Source: an uncultured PS1 clade bacterium
Lineage (GTDB): Bacteria > Pseudomonadota > Alphaproteobacteria > MED-G09
Assembly (NCBI GenBank): GCA_902626605.1
Contig: CACOFZ010000002.1
Coordinates: 21,932-85,931 of the forward strand
Length of the DNA stretch: 64,000 bases
Direction: 5' to 3'
Positions 39,745 to 55,063 of the stretch are shown piece after piece. The notes under the pieces were generated by a model that was given only the letters and a program-made list of their open reading frames with translations, was not told the DNA's origin and ran no database searches. Numbering within the stretch: the stretch's first letter is position 1; the number at the start of each line of letters is the position of its first letter. The translations under genes were made by a program, and so were the position numbers.

Positions 39745-40794
39745 ATGACAGAAAATTTAAAAAAAATAATAGAAGAAAAGCTAAAAAAAATCATACTTCC
39801 TAATAAAAAATATCTTTTTGAAGAGGAAATAATCGAAGGTATTAGCTTTAAAGAAGGACATGTTCAAATTTCTCTCTTTGCAAATAAAGATAATATTGAA
39901 GAGATTGAAGTCGTTGGAAAAATAATAAAAAAAGAATTACAAAATATTGATGGTGTTGTCAGCGTTACTACCGTATTAACTAACGAACCTAGTAAAAAAA
40001 GCAATTCTAGAGAAAGCGAAAATAAGAAACAAAAAATTCATAAAATTGACAATGTTAAAAAAATTATAGCAGTTGCAAGTGGTAAGGGCGGTGTTGGAAA
40101 ATCAACGATATCAATTAATCTTGCTTCTGCTTTCTCTATAATCGGTAAAAATGTTGGTATATTGGATGCAGATATACACGGACCATCAGTTCCCCATATG
40201 CTTGGTTTAAAAGGTAAGCCAGAACTAAATAGAGATAAGAAAATTATTCCATTTAAATTTAATTCAATGAAAGTAATGTCAATTGGATTTTTATTAAATG
40301 AAGAGCAACCTGTAGTTTGGAGAGGGCCCATGGTTCACTCTGCTATTAAGCAAATGGCAACTGACACGGATTGGGGTGATTTGGATATATTAATTATTGA
40401 TATGCCGCCTGGTACAGGAGATGCTCAAATCACAGTATCGCAACACTTACCATTAGATGGGGCAATTATAGTTTCAACACCACAACAAGTTGCTCTAAAT
40501 GATGCAGTTAAAGCAATAGGAATGTTTAGAAAAGTAGATATTCCAATTATTGGTGTTATAGAAAATATGTCTTATCTCCTTTTAGATGATGGAAAAAAAG
40601 AAGATATTTTTGGAAAAGACGGCGCTAAAAATATGTCAAAGAAAGAGAAAATTTTATTTATTGGAGAAATACCTCTAGATAAGGAAATTAGAGAAAGCTC
40701 AGATAAAGGAAATCCATACATCTTTGCAAAACAAAAAGGATTGACAAAAGATATATTTTTAAAAGCAGCTAAAAAAATAGAAAAAATAATTTAA
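39745..40794 (+). CDS. apbC: Fe-S cluster carrier ATPase Mrp/ApbC (with N-terminal DUF59-like domain)
   Basis: Deviant Walker A KIIAVASGKGGVGKST. ParA/MinD fold. Conserved CxxC region absent or variant. Confidence 0.8.
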   Translation: MTENLKKIIEEKLKKIILPNKKYLFEEEIIEGISFKEGHVQISLFANKDNIEEIEVVGKIIKKELQNIDGVVSVTTVLTNEPSKKSNSRESENKKQKIHKIDNVKKIIAVASGKGGVGKSTISINLASAFSIIGKNVGILDADIHGPSVPHMLGLKGKPELNRDKKIIPFKFNSMKVMSIGFLLNEEQPVVWRGPMVHSAIKQMATDTDWGDLDILIIDMPPGTGDAQITVSQHLPLDGAIIVSTPQQVALNDAVKAIGMFRKVDIPIIGVIENMSYLLLDDGKKEDIFGKDGAKNMSKKEKILFIGEIPLDKEIRESSDKGNPYIFAKQKGLTKDIFLKAAKKIEKII

Positions 40795-40797
40795 AAT

Positions 40798-41307
40798 TTA
40801 TTTTTTTTCAAAAATTATTAAACGATGAGAACAGCTATCTCCCTCCATCTTTGTAATTTCACCTTTAAAAATTTCGTTATATAAATTTTTATCAAAATTT
40901 GGAAAAAAAACATCACCTTCAGGGGATGAGTGAACTTGTGTATAATAAATTTTTGAAGCAATTTTTAAAAAATAATTAAAAAAATATTCTCCGCCTATAA
41001 TCATAATTTCCTTAGCATTTCTCTCTTTAGCACATTCCTCAGCTTTTAAAATTGACTGTTCAATATTTTCACAAAAAATAACGCCATCTTTTTTTATTTT
41101 TTTTTGCCTTGTAACTACAATATTATCGCGTCCTGGCAAGGGTCTACCAATTGAATCCCATGTTTTTCTTCCCATAATCATTGGTTTATTCATTGTGAAT
41201 TTTTTAAAATTCGATAAATCTGATGGTAAATTCCAAGGCATTGAACCATTTTGCCCAATAACTCCGTTTTCAGCAACTGCAACAATTAAACTAAAATTAA
41301 ACATCAT
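40798..41307 (-). CDS. folA: dihydrofolate reductase
   Basis: IVAVAENGVIGQNGSMPWNLPSDLSNFKKFT and the GRKTWDSIGRPLPGR motif. 169 aa. Confidence 0.9.
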   Translation of the reverse strand: MMFNFSLIVAVAENGVIGQNGSMPWNLPSDLSNFKKFTMNKPMIMGRKTWDSIGRPLPGRDNIVVTRQKKIKKDGVIFCENIEQSILKAEECAKERNAKEIMIIGGEYFFNYFLKIASKIYYTQVHSSPEGDVFFPNFDKNLYNEIFKGEITKMEGDSCSHRLIIFEKK

Positions 41308-42113
41308 TATACCGCAACTGGAGCAGGAATATGTGGATGAGAAATGTAATTCTCCAAAACAAAGTCTTCAAACTCAAAATCAAAAATACTCTCCGGATCG
41401 GAAATAATTCTCATTTTAGGAAGCTCTTTAAAATCTCTTTGTAATTGTTCTTTGGCTTGATCGAAGTGATTTGAATATAAATGAGCATCACCAAATGTAT
41501 GAACAAATTCACCAATTTCTAATTTTAAAATTTTTGCAATCATCATTGTTAAAAGAGCGTATGATGCAATATTAAAAGGGACGCCTAAAAAAATATCAGC
41601 CGATCTTTGATAGAGTTGACAGGATATTTTCCCATTTGATACATAAAATTGAAATAAACAATGGCAAGGTGGAAGAGCCATCTTTTCAACATCAGATGGG
41701 TTCCAGGCTGTAACTATTAACCTTCTCGAATCAGGATTGTTTTTTATTTGATCTATTAAACCAGATATTTGATCAATTGTTTCACCATTTCTTCCTGGCC
41801 ATGATCTCCATTGATAACCATAAACGGGTCCTAACTCGCCATTTTCATCAGCCCACTCATCCCAAATACTAACACCATTTTCTTTTAAATATGATATATT
41901 GGTTTCACCTTTTAAAAACCACAAAAGCTCATAAATAATTGATTTCAAATGAATTTTTTTTGTTGTTAATAATGGAAACCCTTTTGATAGATCAAATCTC
42001 ATTTGATAGCCAAAAACGGACCGAGTACCTGTACCTGTTCTATCGTTTTTATCAGTACCATTTTCTAAAACGTGTTTTAATAATTTGTGATATTGCCTCA
42101 AAGAAAACTCCAA
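41307..42113 (-). CDS. thyA: thymidylate synthase (ThyA type)
   Basis: Active-site region [12 protein letters not shown] and NRTGTGT. 268 aa. 1-nt overlap with folA. Confidence 0.9.
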   Translation of the reverse strand: MEFSLRQYHKLLKHVLENGTDKNDRTGTGTRSVFGYQMRFDLSKGFPLLTTKKIHLKSIIYELLWFLKGETNISYLKENGVSIWDEWADENGELGPVYGYQWRSWPGRNGETIDQISGLIDQIKNNPDSRRLIVTAWNPSDVEKMALPPCHCLFQFYVSNGKISCQLYQRSADIFLGVPFNIASYALLTMMIAKILKLEIGEFVHTFGDAHLYSNHFDQAKEQLQRDFKELPKMRIISDPESIFDFEFEDFVLENYISHPHIPAPVAV

Positions 42114-42204
42114 AAATTAATATTAATTCTAAACTACTTTTTTGTCTCTTCAAATTTTATTTAATCAATTGTATAAAAGAAATGCTGGTTTACCAGATAT
42201 AGTG

Positions 42205-42470
42205 ATAAACGGTTGATATAATAAACTATTCGGACCCGGGGGCGGTACCCGGCACCTCCACCATAATTATGGGGGTGAAATAGGATCGACGAGAGCGTAA
42301 AAATCTTCTTTTCACTCGGAATTGTTCCGCCGTTATCGGGCTATTTTATAGAAGCAAAAAGCGACTATGCAGAGTATTCTCTCGCAGCTTAATGCGCGAG
42401 TTACTCAATTTAACTCCTAATTATTTGCATAATTAGGCGGGGTTTGAGGGGCACCTGGCAACAGAAGCTC
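42205..42470 (+). ncRNA. ssrA: tmRNA (ssrA), permuted two-piece type: acceptor piece, 7-nt spacer, then coding piece
   Basis: Acceptor piece ends …UUCGGAC-CCGGG-GGCGGUA-CCCGG-CACCUCC-A-CCA at 42263. The coding piece starts GGGGGUGAAAUAGGAUCGACGAGAGCG at 42271 (E. coli-like 5' end). GGGGGUG/CACCUCC pair with a G3.U70 wobble. Tag frame GCA AAA AGC GAC UAU GCA GAG UAU UCU CUC GCA GCU UAA (AKSDYAEYSLAA*) ends at 42392, then helix CCUAAUUAU-uugc-AUAAUUAGG. Exact 5' and 3' ends are approximate. Confidence 0.75.
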
Positions 42471-42508
42471 CTTGTTTATTTCTAAACTAATAACCTTGGA
42501 GATTTATC

Positions 42509-43900
42509 GTGAAGAAAGAAAGACAAGAATCAGATGCTTTTGGTCCAATCAAAGTAGAAAGCAAAAAGTATTGGGGTGCTCAGACACAGAGATCTCTTAA
42601 AAATTTTAAAATTGGTGGCGAAAAGATGCCTGTTCCTCTTATTAGAGCTTTAGGTATAGTAAAATTGTCCGCCGCTATAGTTAACAAAAATATGGGCTCT
42701 CTTAAACCAAGAATTGCTAACGCAATCATAAAGGCCTCAAAAGAGGTTATTAATGGTAAATTTGACGATCACTTTCCTCTTGTTGTCTGGCAAACAGGTT
42801 CAGGAACACAATCAAATATGAACGCGAATGAAGTTATTTCAAATAGAGCTATTGAGATACTTGGTGGTAAACTTGGATCTAAAGATCCAGTTCATCCTAA
42901 TGATCATTGTAATATGTCACAATCCTCTAATGATACATTTCCTACTGCAATGCATATAGCTGCAGCTATTGAAATTAACAGAGAACTCATTCCTTCTCTT
43001 AAGAGACTATCAGCCTCAATAGGGAAAAAAGAAAATGAATTTAAAAAAATTATTAAAATAGGACGTACTCACCTTCAAGATGCCACCCCGGTAACTTTAG
43101 GACAAGAATTTTCCGGATATAAGGCACAAATTGATAATGGGATCAAAAGAATACAAAAATCATCAGAAGAACTTTATTATCTTGCCCAAGGAGGGACTGC
43201 AGTTGGAACTGGATTAAATTCAAAAAAAGGTTTTGATAAAAAATTTGCTAACGAATGTAAAAAAATAACTAAGTTACCCTTTAAAACATCTCAAAATAAA
43301 TTCGAAGCGTTAGCAACGCATGACGCACTTGTTGAAGTTTCTGGTAGCTTAAACACTGTATCAACTTCGCTTTTTAAGATTGCTAATGATATTAGATTAC
43401 TTGGTTCTGGTCCTAGATCGGGTTTAGGAGAAATACAATTACCAGAAAATGAACCAGGATCTTCAATTATGCCTGGAAAAGTTAATCCTACGCAGTGTGA
43501 AGCAATGACAATGCTATGTCTTCAGGTAATTGGAAACCATACAACAATAAGTGCAGCAGGTAGCCAGGGTCACTTTGAACTTAATGTTTTTAAGCCAGTA
43601 ATAGCATATAATATTTTACAATCTATTAAATTGCTCTCAGATGGCTCTGAAAGCTTTATGAAAAATTGTATAGCAGGAATTAAGCCTAATAAAATTAAAA
43701 TTAAAGAACTGTTAAATAGCTCTTTAATGCTTGTAACTGCTCTTGCGCCTGTTATTGGATATGATAATGCATCAATTATAGCAAAATCAGCTCATAAAAA
43801 TGGAACAACTTTAAAAGAAGAAGCAATTAAACAAGGTTTTGTGACCGAAGACGAGTATATAAAAATTGTTAGACCTGAAAAAATGATTTCGCCATCTTAA
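42509..43900 (+). CDS. fumC: fumarate hydratase class II
   Basis: Fumarase/aspartase signature [22 protein letters not shown] start with GGAGA SD. 463 aa. Confidence 0.9.
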   Translation: MKKERQESDAFGPIKVESKKYWGAQTQRSLKNFKIGGEKMPVPLIRALGIVKLSAAIVNKNMGSLKPRIANAIIKASKEVINGKFDDHFPLVVWQTGSGTQSNMNANEVISNRAIEILGGKLGSKDPVHPNDHCNMSQSSNDTFPTAMHIAAAIEINRELIPSLKRLSASIGKKENEFKKIIKIGRTHLQDATPVTLGQEFSGYKAQIDNGIKRIQKSSEELYYLAQGGTAVGTGLNSKKGFDKKFANECKKITKLPFKTSQNKFEALATHDALVEVSGSLNTVSTSLFKIANDIRLLGSGPRSGLGEIQLPENEPGSSIMPGKVNPTQCEAMTMLCLQVIGNHTTISAAGSQGHFELNVFKPVIAYNILQSIKLLSDGSESFMKNCIAGIKPNKIKIKELLNSSLMLVTALAPVIGYDNASIIAKSAHKNGTTLKEEAIKQGFVTEDEYIKIVRPEKMISPS

Positions 43901-43904
43901 AATT

Positions 43905-44123
43905 ATGAATCAAATAAAAAAATCACTTGTTCTCTCCGGTCATAAAACAAGTATTGCATTAGAAAAAGAATTTTGGATTGCACTTGAAGTAATTTCAAAA
44001 AATCAAAATATTGATATTGATAAATTAATTGAGAAAATTGATAAAAAAGAAAGAAATGGAAGTTTGGCATCAACAATAAGAGTTTTTATTTTAAAAAAAT
44101 ATATGAATCTTGATAAAAAATGA
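43905..44123 (+). CDS. ribbon-helix-helix domain protein (COG4321-like)
   Basis: SLVLSGHKTSIALEKEFWIALEVIS…LASTIRVFIL pattern. 72 aa. 4 nt after fumC. Confidence 0.5.
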   Translation: MNQIKKSLVLSGHKTSIALEKEFWIALEVISKNQNIDIDKLIEKIDKKERNGSLASTIRVFILKKYMNLDKK

Positions 44124-44199
44124 ATCAATGTATGCTTAATAAATTTTAAAAATAGTCATTTTAAGTTATGTATCACATGTTACCTCAAAAAAATATTCA

Positions 44200-46431
44200 A
44201 TGAAAAACTTCAAGAAACTTGAGAATTTTAAAAGATTGAATGAAGCTCAGAGAGAGGCTGTTCTTCATGATAATGGACCTTTATTAGTTTTAGCAGGAGC
44301 AGGCACTGGTAAAACAGGAGTTTTAACAACCAGACTTACTAGGCTATTAACTGAAAATCTTGCTCTACCGGGAGAAATTCTCTCCGTTACCTTTACAAAT
44401 AAAGCTGCAAATGAGATGAGATCAAGAGTTAGCAATCAGATTGGTGACAAAGCCTCTGGATTAAAATGGTTGGGAACTTTTCATTCAATTGGAGCTCAAA
44501 TTTTAAGAACATACCCTGAGAAAATTGGATTAAAAAATGATTTTATAATTTTAGATACTGATGATCAAATTAGATTACTAAAACAATTAATTAGAGATGA
44601 AAATATAGATGATAAAAAATGGTCACCAAAAGGACTTCTAAACCTTATTGATAAATGGAAAAATAAAGGAATTCTTCCTAGTAATATCTCAAGAGATGAT
44701 GGAGATTATTTTGCAAATGGTAAGGGGAAAATTCTATATAAAAAATATCAAGATCAATTAAAGTTTTTTAATGCCGCAGATTTTGGAGATTTAATTCTTG
44801 AGTGCATAAGACTTTTTAGCGAAAATATTGATATTTTGGAACATTATCAAAATCGTTTTAAATTTATGTTAGTAGATGAGTATCAGGATACAAATTCATC
44901 TCAATATACCTTATTAAAATTATTATCGAATAGATGGATGAACATTTGTTGTGTAGGCGATGATGATCAATCTATTTACTCTTGGAGAGGAGCTGAGGTA
45001 AGCAATATTTTGAGGTTTGAAAAAGATTTTCCAAATGCAAAAGTAATAAGGTTAGAACAAAATTACAGATCAACAGGTAATATTTTAGCAGCTGCTTCAA
45101 GATTGATTGAGTCTAATGATTCTAGATTCGGAAAAACTTTGTGGACCTCATCATCTGATGGAGAAAAGGTCTCTATTACATCTACATGGGATGGTGAAGA
45201 GGAAGCAAGAATAATTACTGACGAAATAGAAAAGTACTCTTTGAACAATAAAAATCTTGATGAAATTGCAATATTAGTTAGAGCCGGCTTTCAAATGAGA
45301 GAGTTCGAAGATAGATTTATATCAGTTGGCCTACCTTATAAAGTTATTGGAGGCCCAAGATTTTATGAGAGAAAAGAAATAAGAGATGCAAATGCCTATT
45401 TTAGAATTGCTATTCAACCAAACGATAGTCTAGCTCTTGAAAGAGTTCTTAATACACCCAAAAGAGGTATTGGAGAAACAACAATAAAAAAAATTAAGGA
45501 TTATTCTAAAAATAATAATATTTCTTCAATTGAAGCCATTAGAGACCTTATAAAAACATCAGAAATAAAACCAAAAACAAAACTTTCTCTAAAGAACTTT
45601 ATTGATTTAGTTGATAGATGGCACGATTTACTTAATGAAAGAAATCATTATGAGCTCGCTGAAATAATTCTTGAAGACTCGGGTTATTTAGAAATGTTGA
45701 GGAATGATGATTCAATTACTTCTGCAGGAAGGTTAGAAAATATTAAAGAACTATTTAGATCTATTGAACCCTTTGAGAGCTTGCAGGCCTACTTAGAACA
45801 TATTGCTCTAGTAATGGAGATAGATAAAAATCCTGATGGTAACAAAGTGACTTTAATGACTTTGCATGCCGCTAAAGGACTTGAATTTGATTTTGTTTAT
45901 CTCCCTGGATGGGAAGAAGGCGTCTTTCCAAATCAAAGGTCGCTAGATGAAGGGGGGATAGAATCCCTTGAGGAAGAAAGAAGACTTGCTTATGTTGGAA
46001 TAACAAGGGCAAAAATAAAATCCTCTATCTTTTATGCTGCGAATAGAAAAATGCATAATCAATGGCTTTCAAGCATACCTTCAAGATTTATCAATGAAAT
46101 GCCAGAGGAAAATATTGAAATAAACCTATCTCATTTTTCAGGAAATCAAAAAAACTATACAGACATTGAAGAAGATATATTCGACCAGTCAGACTACAGC
46201 ACACCTGGATGGGAAAGAGCAAAAATAGAAACAAGTAATAAAAATTTAGAAAATTTTGAACCAAAAATAATTACCAGCTCGCAAGCTAAATATTCAAAAG
46301 GATCAATAGTAATCCACAAAAAATTTGGTCAAGGTAGGGTTGAAAGCATTGATGGAAAAAAATTAACTATTAATTTTGGTGAGAGCGGCACCAGAAAAGT
46401 AATGGAAAATTTTGTAGAGTCTCTAAATTAA
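44200..46431 (+). CDS. uvrD: ATP-dependent DNA helicase, UvrD/Rep/PcrA family
   Basis: Walker A AGAGTGKT. Motifs II (DEYQDTN), III, IV and VI are recognisable. 743 aa. Confidence 0.85.
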   Translation: MKNFKKLENFKRLNEAQREAVLHDNGPLLVLAGAGTGKTGVLTTRLTRLLTENLALPGEILSVTFTNKAANEMRSRVSNQIGDKASGLKWLGTFHSIGAQILRTYPEKIGLKNDFIILDTDDQIRLLKQLIRDENIDDKKWSPKGLLNLIDKWKNKGILPSNISRDDGDYFANGKGKILYKKYQDQLKFFNAADFGDLILECIRLFSENIDILEHYQNRFKFMLVDEYQDTNSSQYTLLKLLSNRWMNICCVGDDDQSIYSWRGAEVSNILRFEKDFPNAKVIRLEQNYRSTGNILAAASRLIESNDSRFGKTLWTSSSDGEKVSITSTWDGEEEARIITDEIEKYSLNNKNLDEIAILVRAGFQMREFEDRFISVGLPYKVIGGPRFYERKEIRDANAYFRIAIQPNDSLALERVLNTPKRGIGETTIKKIKDYSKNNNISSIEAIRDLIKTSEIKPKTKLSLKNFIDLVDRWHDLLNERNHYELAEIILEDSGYLEMLRNDDSITSAGRLENIKELFRSIEPFESLQAYLEHIALVMEIDKNPDGNKVTLMTLHAAKGLEFDFVYLPGWEEGVFPNQRSLDEGGIESLEEERRLAYVGITRAKIKSSIFYAANRKMHNQWLSSIPSRFINEMPEENIEINLSHFSGNQKNYTDIEEDIFDQSDYSTPGWERAKIETSNKNLENFEPKIITSSQAKYSKGSIVIHKKFGQGRVESIDGKKLTINFGESGTRKVMENFVESLN

Positions 46432-46475
46432 AAATTTCTATATTAATTCATCAAACTAATTATAATAATTATATT

Positions 46476-51154
<4,679 letters not shown>

Positions 51155-51223
51155 TTGATTTCAACGTAAGAATTTCATTAAAATAATATTATAAACATCT
51201 ATAATTGAAAAGTCTTTATAAAA

Positions 51224-52186
51224 TTAACTTGCAAGATAATTTGATACAATACCTCTATGAAACTCTTGATAAGATTTATCTGAATATTCAACTATTTCAT
51301 AGTTTTCATTAGACTTGAATAATTCGTGCAATAAAAGATTGTTAATATAATGACCACATCTTAGCCCTTTATAACTTCCTTGAATTCGATAACCTGAAGT
51401 ATAAATATCTCCCACTGCATCTAATAATTTATGCCTTGAAAATTCGTTTTCATGCCTTAAGCCTTCAGGATTAATTATTTCATTGTTATCAACAATTATA
51501 CAATTATCAATACTTCCGCCTAAGCCCAGACCTTTGGAACGCATATATTCAACATCTTTCATAAACCCAAAAGTTCTTGCATTTGAAGCAAAATTTTTAA
51601 AATTATAATTAGCAAGTGATGTTGACGCACTCTGCTTACCCACAGCTTTATTTTCAAAATCAATTTCAACAGAAAATTTTTGTTCCTTGCTTGGAGCAAA
51701 GGAACAATATTTATTGTCAACATTAACTTCGATCTTTTTTAAAACTTTTAAAATTTTTCTTTTCACCTTAAGAGATTTTATTCCACAATCTTCAATTATT
51801 TCAATTAAAGGTAATGAACTTCCATCCATAATTGGAACCTCAGGGCCATTTAACTCAATAATTATATTGTCGATGCCTGTTCCATTTAAAGCAGCCATTA
51901 AGTGTTCAATAGTTGCTACTTTAATGCCATTTTCATTTTCTATTGTTGTGCATAAACTTGTATCAGAGACATTTGAATATAACGCCTGTATTGAGCACTC
52001 TTTGTCTTTTTTATCTATATCTGTTCTTATAAAAATAATACCAGTATTTTCTTTAGCAGGTTTTAAAGTGACCTTAATTAAGTTTCCAGAGTGCAAACCT
52101 ATACCATTAAAACTTTTTAGTTTTGAAATAGTTGTCTGCCAAGGATAATTTCCAGATGCTATTGATGGTGAAACAAGGTTATTCAT
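51224..52186 (-). CDS. lpxC: UDP-3-O-acyl-N-acetylglucosamine deacetylase
   Basis: Conserved QTTI… start, Zn-site HxxE/HH regions. 320 aa. Position adjacent to ftsZ is canonical. Confidence 0.9.
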   Translation of the reverse strand: MNNLVSPSIASGNYPWQTTISKLKSFNGIGLHSGNLIKVTLKPAKENTGIIFIRTDIDKKDKECSIQALYSNVSDTSLCTTIENENGIKVATIEHLMAALNGTGIDNIIIELNGPEVPIMDGSSLPLIEIIEDCGIKSLKVKRKILKVLKKIEVNVDNKYCSFAPSKEQKFSVEIDFENKAVGKQSASTSLANYNFKNFASNARTFGFMKDVEYMRSKGLGLGGSIDNCIIVDNNEIINPEGLRHENEFSRHKLLDAVGDIYTSGYRIQGSYKGLRCGHYINNLLLHELFKSNENYEIVEYSDKSYQEFHRGIVSNYLAS

Positions 52187-52338
52187 AAAAATATCTTTAA
52201 TTAGCTTATTTTCTCACTTTAAAAGTTTAACTATAATTATATAACAATAGTTATGATTACAGTTAGATAAATAACAATTAAAACCATATTTAGCTAATAA
52301 ATGATTGTGACTTAATGTAACTTAAATAGTTAAAAAAT

Positions 52339-53697
52339 TTATTGACCTTTAATTTTTCCAAAAAATCTTTGTAAAGCAGGAATCTCTAATTGAGAATTTG
52401 ACTCATCATCCTCATCGGATGAGTCAAACCTATCGCTATTAAATAATGGAACTCCATCATCTTTTTCCCAATCCTCAGGTTCAGGTAAATTTGAAATATT
52501 CTCTTCAGAAAGTGACTCTGAAAAATTATCATCAAAATCATTATAATCATCAAAGTCCATATTGTGTGGCTTTTCGGGTGAAGTTTTTTTAACCTCTAGC
52601 TCAATATTTTCTGGTTCATTATCATTGATCACATCAACAAAATTACTTTCAGTTAAATTATTTTCCTTATTAATTTCAACAATTTTCTCCTCGACTGATT
52701 GATCCATACCAGTTGCAATTACTGCTGTTTTAAAGTTATCCCCCATTTGTTCATCTTGGAAGACACCAAAAATTACTTCGCATTCTTCTCCAACATCTTT
52801 TTGAATAACAGAGAGTGCACCTTGTATCTCAAAAGGGTTAATATCTGCACCAGCAGTCAAAGAAACCAAAAGGCCCTTTGTTCCTTTTAATGATAAATCA
52901 TCCAACATAGGATTTGAAATTGCGTCTTCAGCAGATAAAATAGCTCTATCCTCACCAGAAGATACACCTACACCAAATACAGCTTTACCTCTATGCTGCA
53001 TTATTGTTTTAACATCTGCAAAGTCAATATTGATAGAACCATTCTTCATTATTAGAGCGCTTATTGCCGATACTCCGTCATAAAGTGTTTTATTTACAAG
53101 ATCCTCACATTCTTTCATTGGAGTTTTTTCATTAATAATTCTAAAGATATTTTGATTAGGTATTACAATTACAGTATCAAGAATTGAACATAACTCATCG
53201 ATACCACTTTTAGCAGATGACATTCTTTTTTTACCTTCAAAGCTCCAAGGTGTAGTAACAATTGCAACAGTAAGAATACCCATATCTTTAGCTAGCTGAG
53301 CTATAACTGGAGCAGCACCTGTACCAGTACCCCCGCCAAGACACGCAGTTATAAACAACATATGAGTTCCCTCTAGGTACCTTCTAATTTCTTCTTGAGA
53401 CTCTTCTGCTGCTTTTTTACCAACTTTAGGATCAGCACCAGCACCAAGGCCTTCAGTTGAATGAGAGCCAATTGAAATGGGTGTAACTCCTTTAAGATTT
53501 TCTAAATCTTGTACATCAGTATTAGCTGCAAATAATTCTACACCATCAAGGCCTTGTTCAACCATTGTTTTGAGGGCATTACCTCCTCCTCCACCCACAC
53601 CTATTAAAGATAACCTTGGTCGTAACTTTTCTATTTCAGGTGTCTCCAAGGAAATACTGCTATTAGATACGAAATTTTCATCATCATAAGTAGTCAT
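52339..53697 (-). CDS. ftsZ: cell division GTPase FtsZ
   Basis: Tubulin signature GGGTGTGAAPVIA. Acidic disordered C-terminal linker. 452 aa. Confidence 0.95.
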   Translation of the reverse strand: MTTYDDENFVSNSSISLETPEIEKLRPRLSLIGVGGGGGNALKTMVEQGLDGVELFAANTDVQDLENLKGVTPISIGSHSTEGLGAGADPKVGKKAAEESQEEIRRYLEGTHMLFITACLGGGTGTGAAPVIAQLAKDMGILTVAIVTTPWSFEGKKRMSSAKSGIDELCSILDTVIVIPNQNIFRIINEKTPMKECEDLVNKTLYDGVSAISALIMKNGSINIDFADVKTIMQHRGKAVFGVGVSSGEDRAILSAEDAISNPMLDDLSLKGTKGLLVSLTAGADINPFEIQGALSVIQKDVGEECEVIFGVFQDEQMGDNFKTAVIATGMDQSVEEKIVEINKENNLTESNFVDVINDNEPENIELEVKKTSPEKPHNMDFDDYNDFDDNFSESLSEENISNLPEPEDWEKDDGVPLFNSDRFDSSDEDDESNSQLEIPALQRFFGKIKGQ

Positions 53698-53767
53698 TTT
53701 AAGACCTCATAACTTTACAGTGTAAATTTCTACTGATTCTTATATTAAAACAAGCTTAAGTTATTGA

Positions 53768-55063
53768 TTAAAAACCAGAACCCATTATTTTTTCAATTAT
53801 TTTCACAGCAAAATTATTATTTTCCGACCTATTTTTAATTTCATTTTCTTGAATTAAAATTGAATGCAGAAGCATACCAGCACAGGATGTAAATGCTGGA
53901 CCTGATAACTCTTCAACTAAATTATTTATTCCCGAAGGAAAACCAATTCTTACTCTAGTTTCTAATACCCTTTCTGCAAATTCTATACTACCAGGTAAAT
54001 CTGTAGTACCTCCAGTAATTACAGTATTTTTGTTAGATATATCTTTATAGCCAGATTGTTCTATGCATTTTTTAGAATGCATAAGTATTTCCCAAAGTCT
54101 CGGCTTAATAATTGAAATCAATTTTGACCTAGAAAATGAAAGTCTATTTTCATCATTACCACCAATAATAGGTATTTGAAAAATTTCTTCTCCGTCATTT
54201 GCGCCCCTTAAAGCACTTCCATACAAGGTTTTTAATGCTTCAGCTTGATCAAATGGTGTACTTAACTCCTTTGATATATCATTTGTAATATACCAACCAC
54301 CAAGATTGAGTGATTTTGCATAAACTATTGAACCATCAACAAAAACTGAAATAGAGGTAGTCCCTGCTCCAATATCAATACAAACTGATCCTTGATTTTT
54401 CTCCTCATCTGTAAGAGCTGACAAAGCAGATGTGTATGGCTTTGCTGTGAAGTTAGTTACATTTAAAAAACAACTATTAATAATATTTTCTAAATTACTT
54501 ATATGGTTAGGGTTTGCATATATAAAAAGTAATTTAACACCAAGTTTTGAAGCACTCATACCAGAGGGATTCACAATATTTTTTATATTATCAACAACAT
54601 AATTTGATGGAATAACATGAAGAATTTTTTTATTTTCATTATTAAATTTTTGTTTTGCAATTTCTATTACTTCTGCAATATGATTTTGATTTATAATTTG
54701 ATTACCAATAAAAAGTTCACCGAAAATTCTCTCTGTTCTAATGTAATTTCCTGAAACATTTACCGAAACATTTTCTACCTCACAATTTGCTTGATTTTCT
54801 GCCAAATCAACCGCTTTCCTAATTGACTCCTCAAGGTCATTTATATTTGTAATCCCTCCATTTTTAATTCCCTTTGATTGTGAATACCCAGATCCAATGA
54901 GTCTAATCTTTTTTCGATCCAAAATATTATCTATTTTCCCGATAAAGCACACAACCTTATCTGAACCAATATCTATTGATGTAATGACTTTTTCAGACTG
55001 ATAGTTTGATTTATTATTAATGAAAAAATCTTGTTGATTATTGTCTTTTTTAGCCATTTCCAC
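53768..55063 (-). CDS. ftsA: cell division protein FtsA
   Basis: Actin-fold ATPase, IDIGSDKVVC and DIGAGTTSISV phosphate loops. 431 aa. Confidence 0.9.
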   Translation of the reverse strand: MEMAKKDNNQQDFFINNKSNYQSEKVITSIDIGSDKVVCFIGKIDNILDRKKIRLIGSGYSQSKGIKNGGITNINDLEESIRKAVDLAENQANCEVENVSVNVSGNYIRTERIFGELFIGNQIINQNHIAEVIEIAKQKFNNENKKILHVIPSNYVVDNIKNIVNPSGMSASKLGVKLLFIYANPNHISNLENIINSCFLNVTNFTAKPYTSALSALTDEEKNQGSVCIDIGAGTTSISVFVDGSIVYAKSLNLGGWYITNDISKELSTPFDQAEALKTLYGSALRGANDGEEIFQIPIIGGNDENRLSFSRSKLISIIKPRLWEILMHSKKCIEQSGYKDISNKNTVITGGTTDLPGSIEFAERVLETRVRIGFPSGINNLVEELSGPAFTSCAGMLLHSILIQENEIKNRSENNNFAVKIIEKIMGSGF

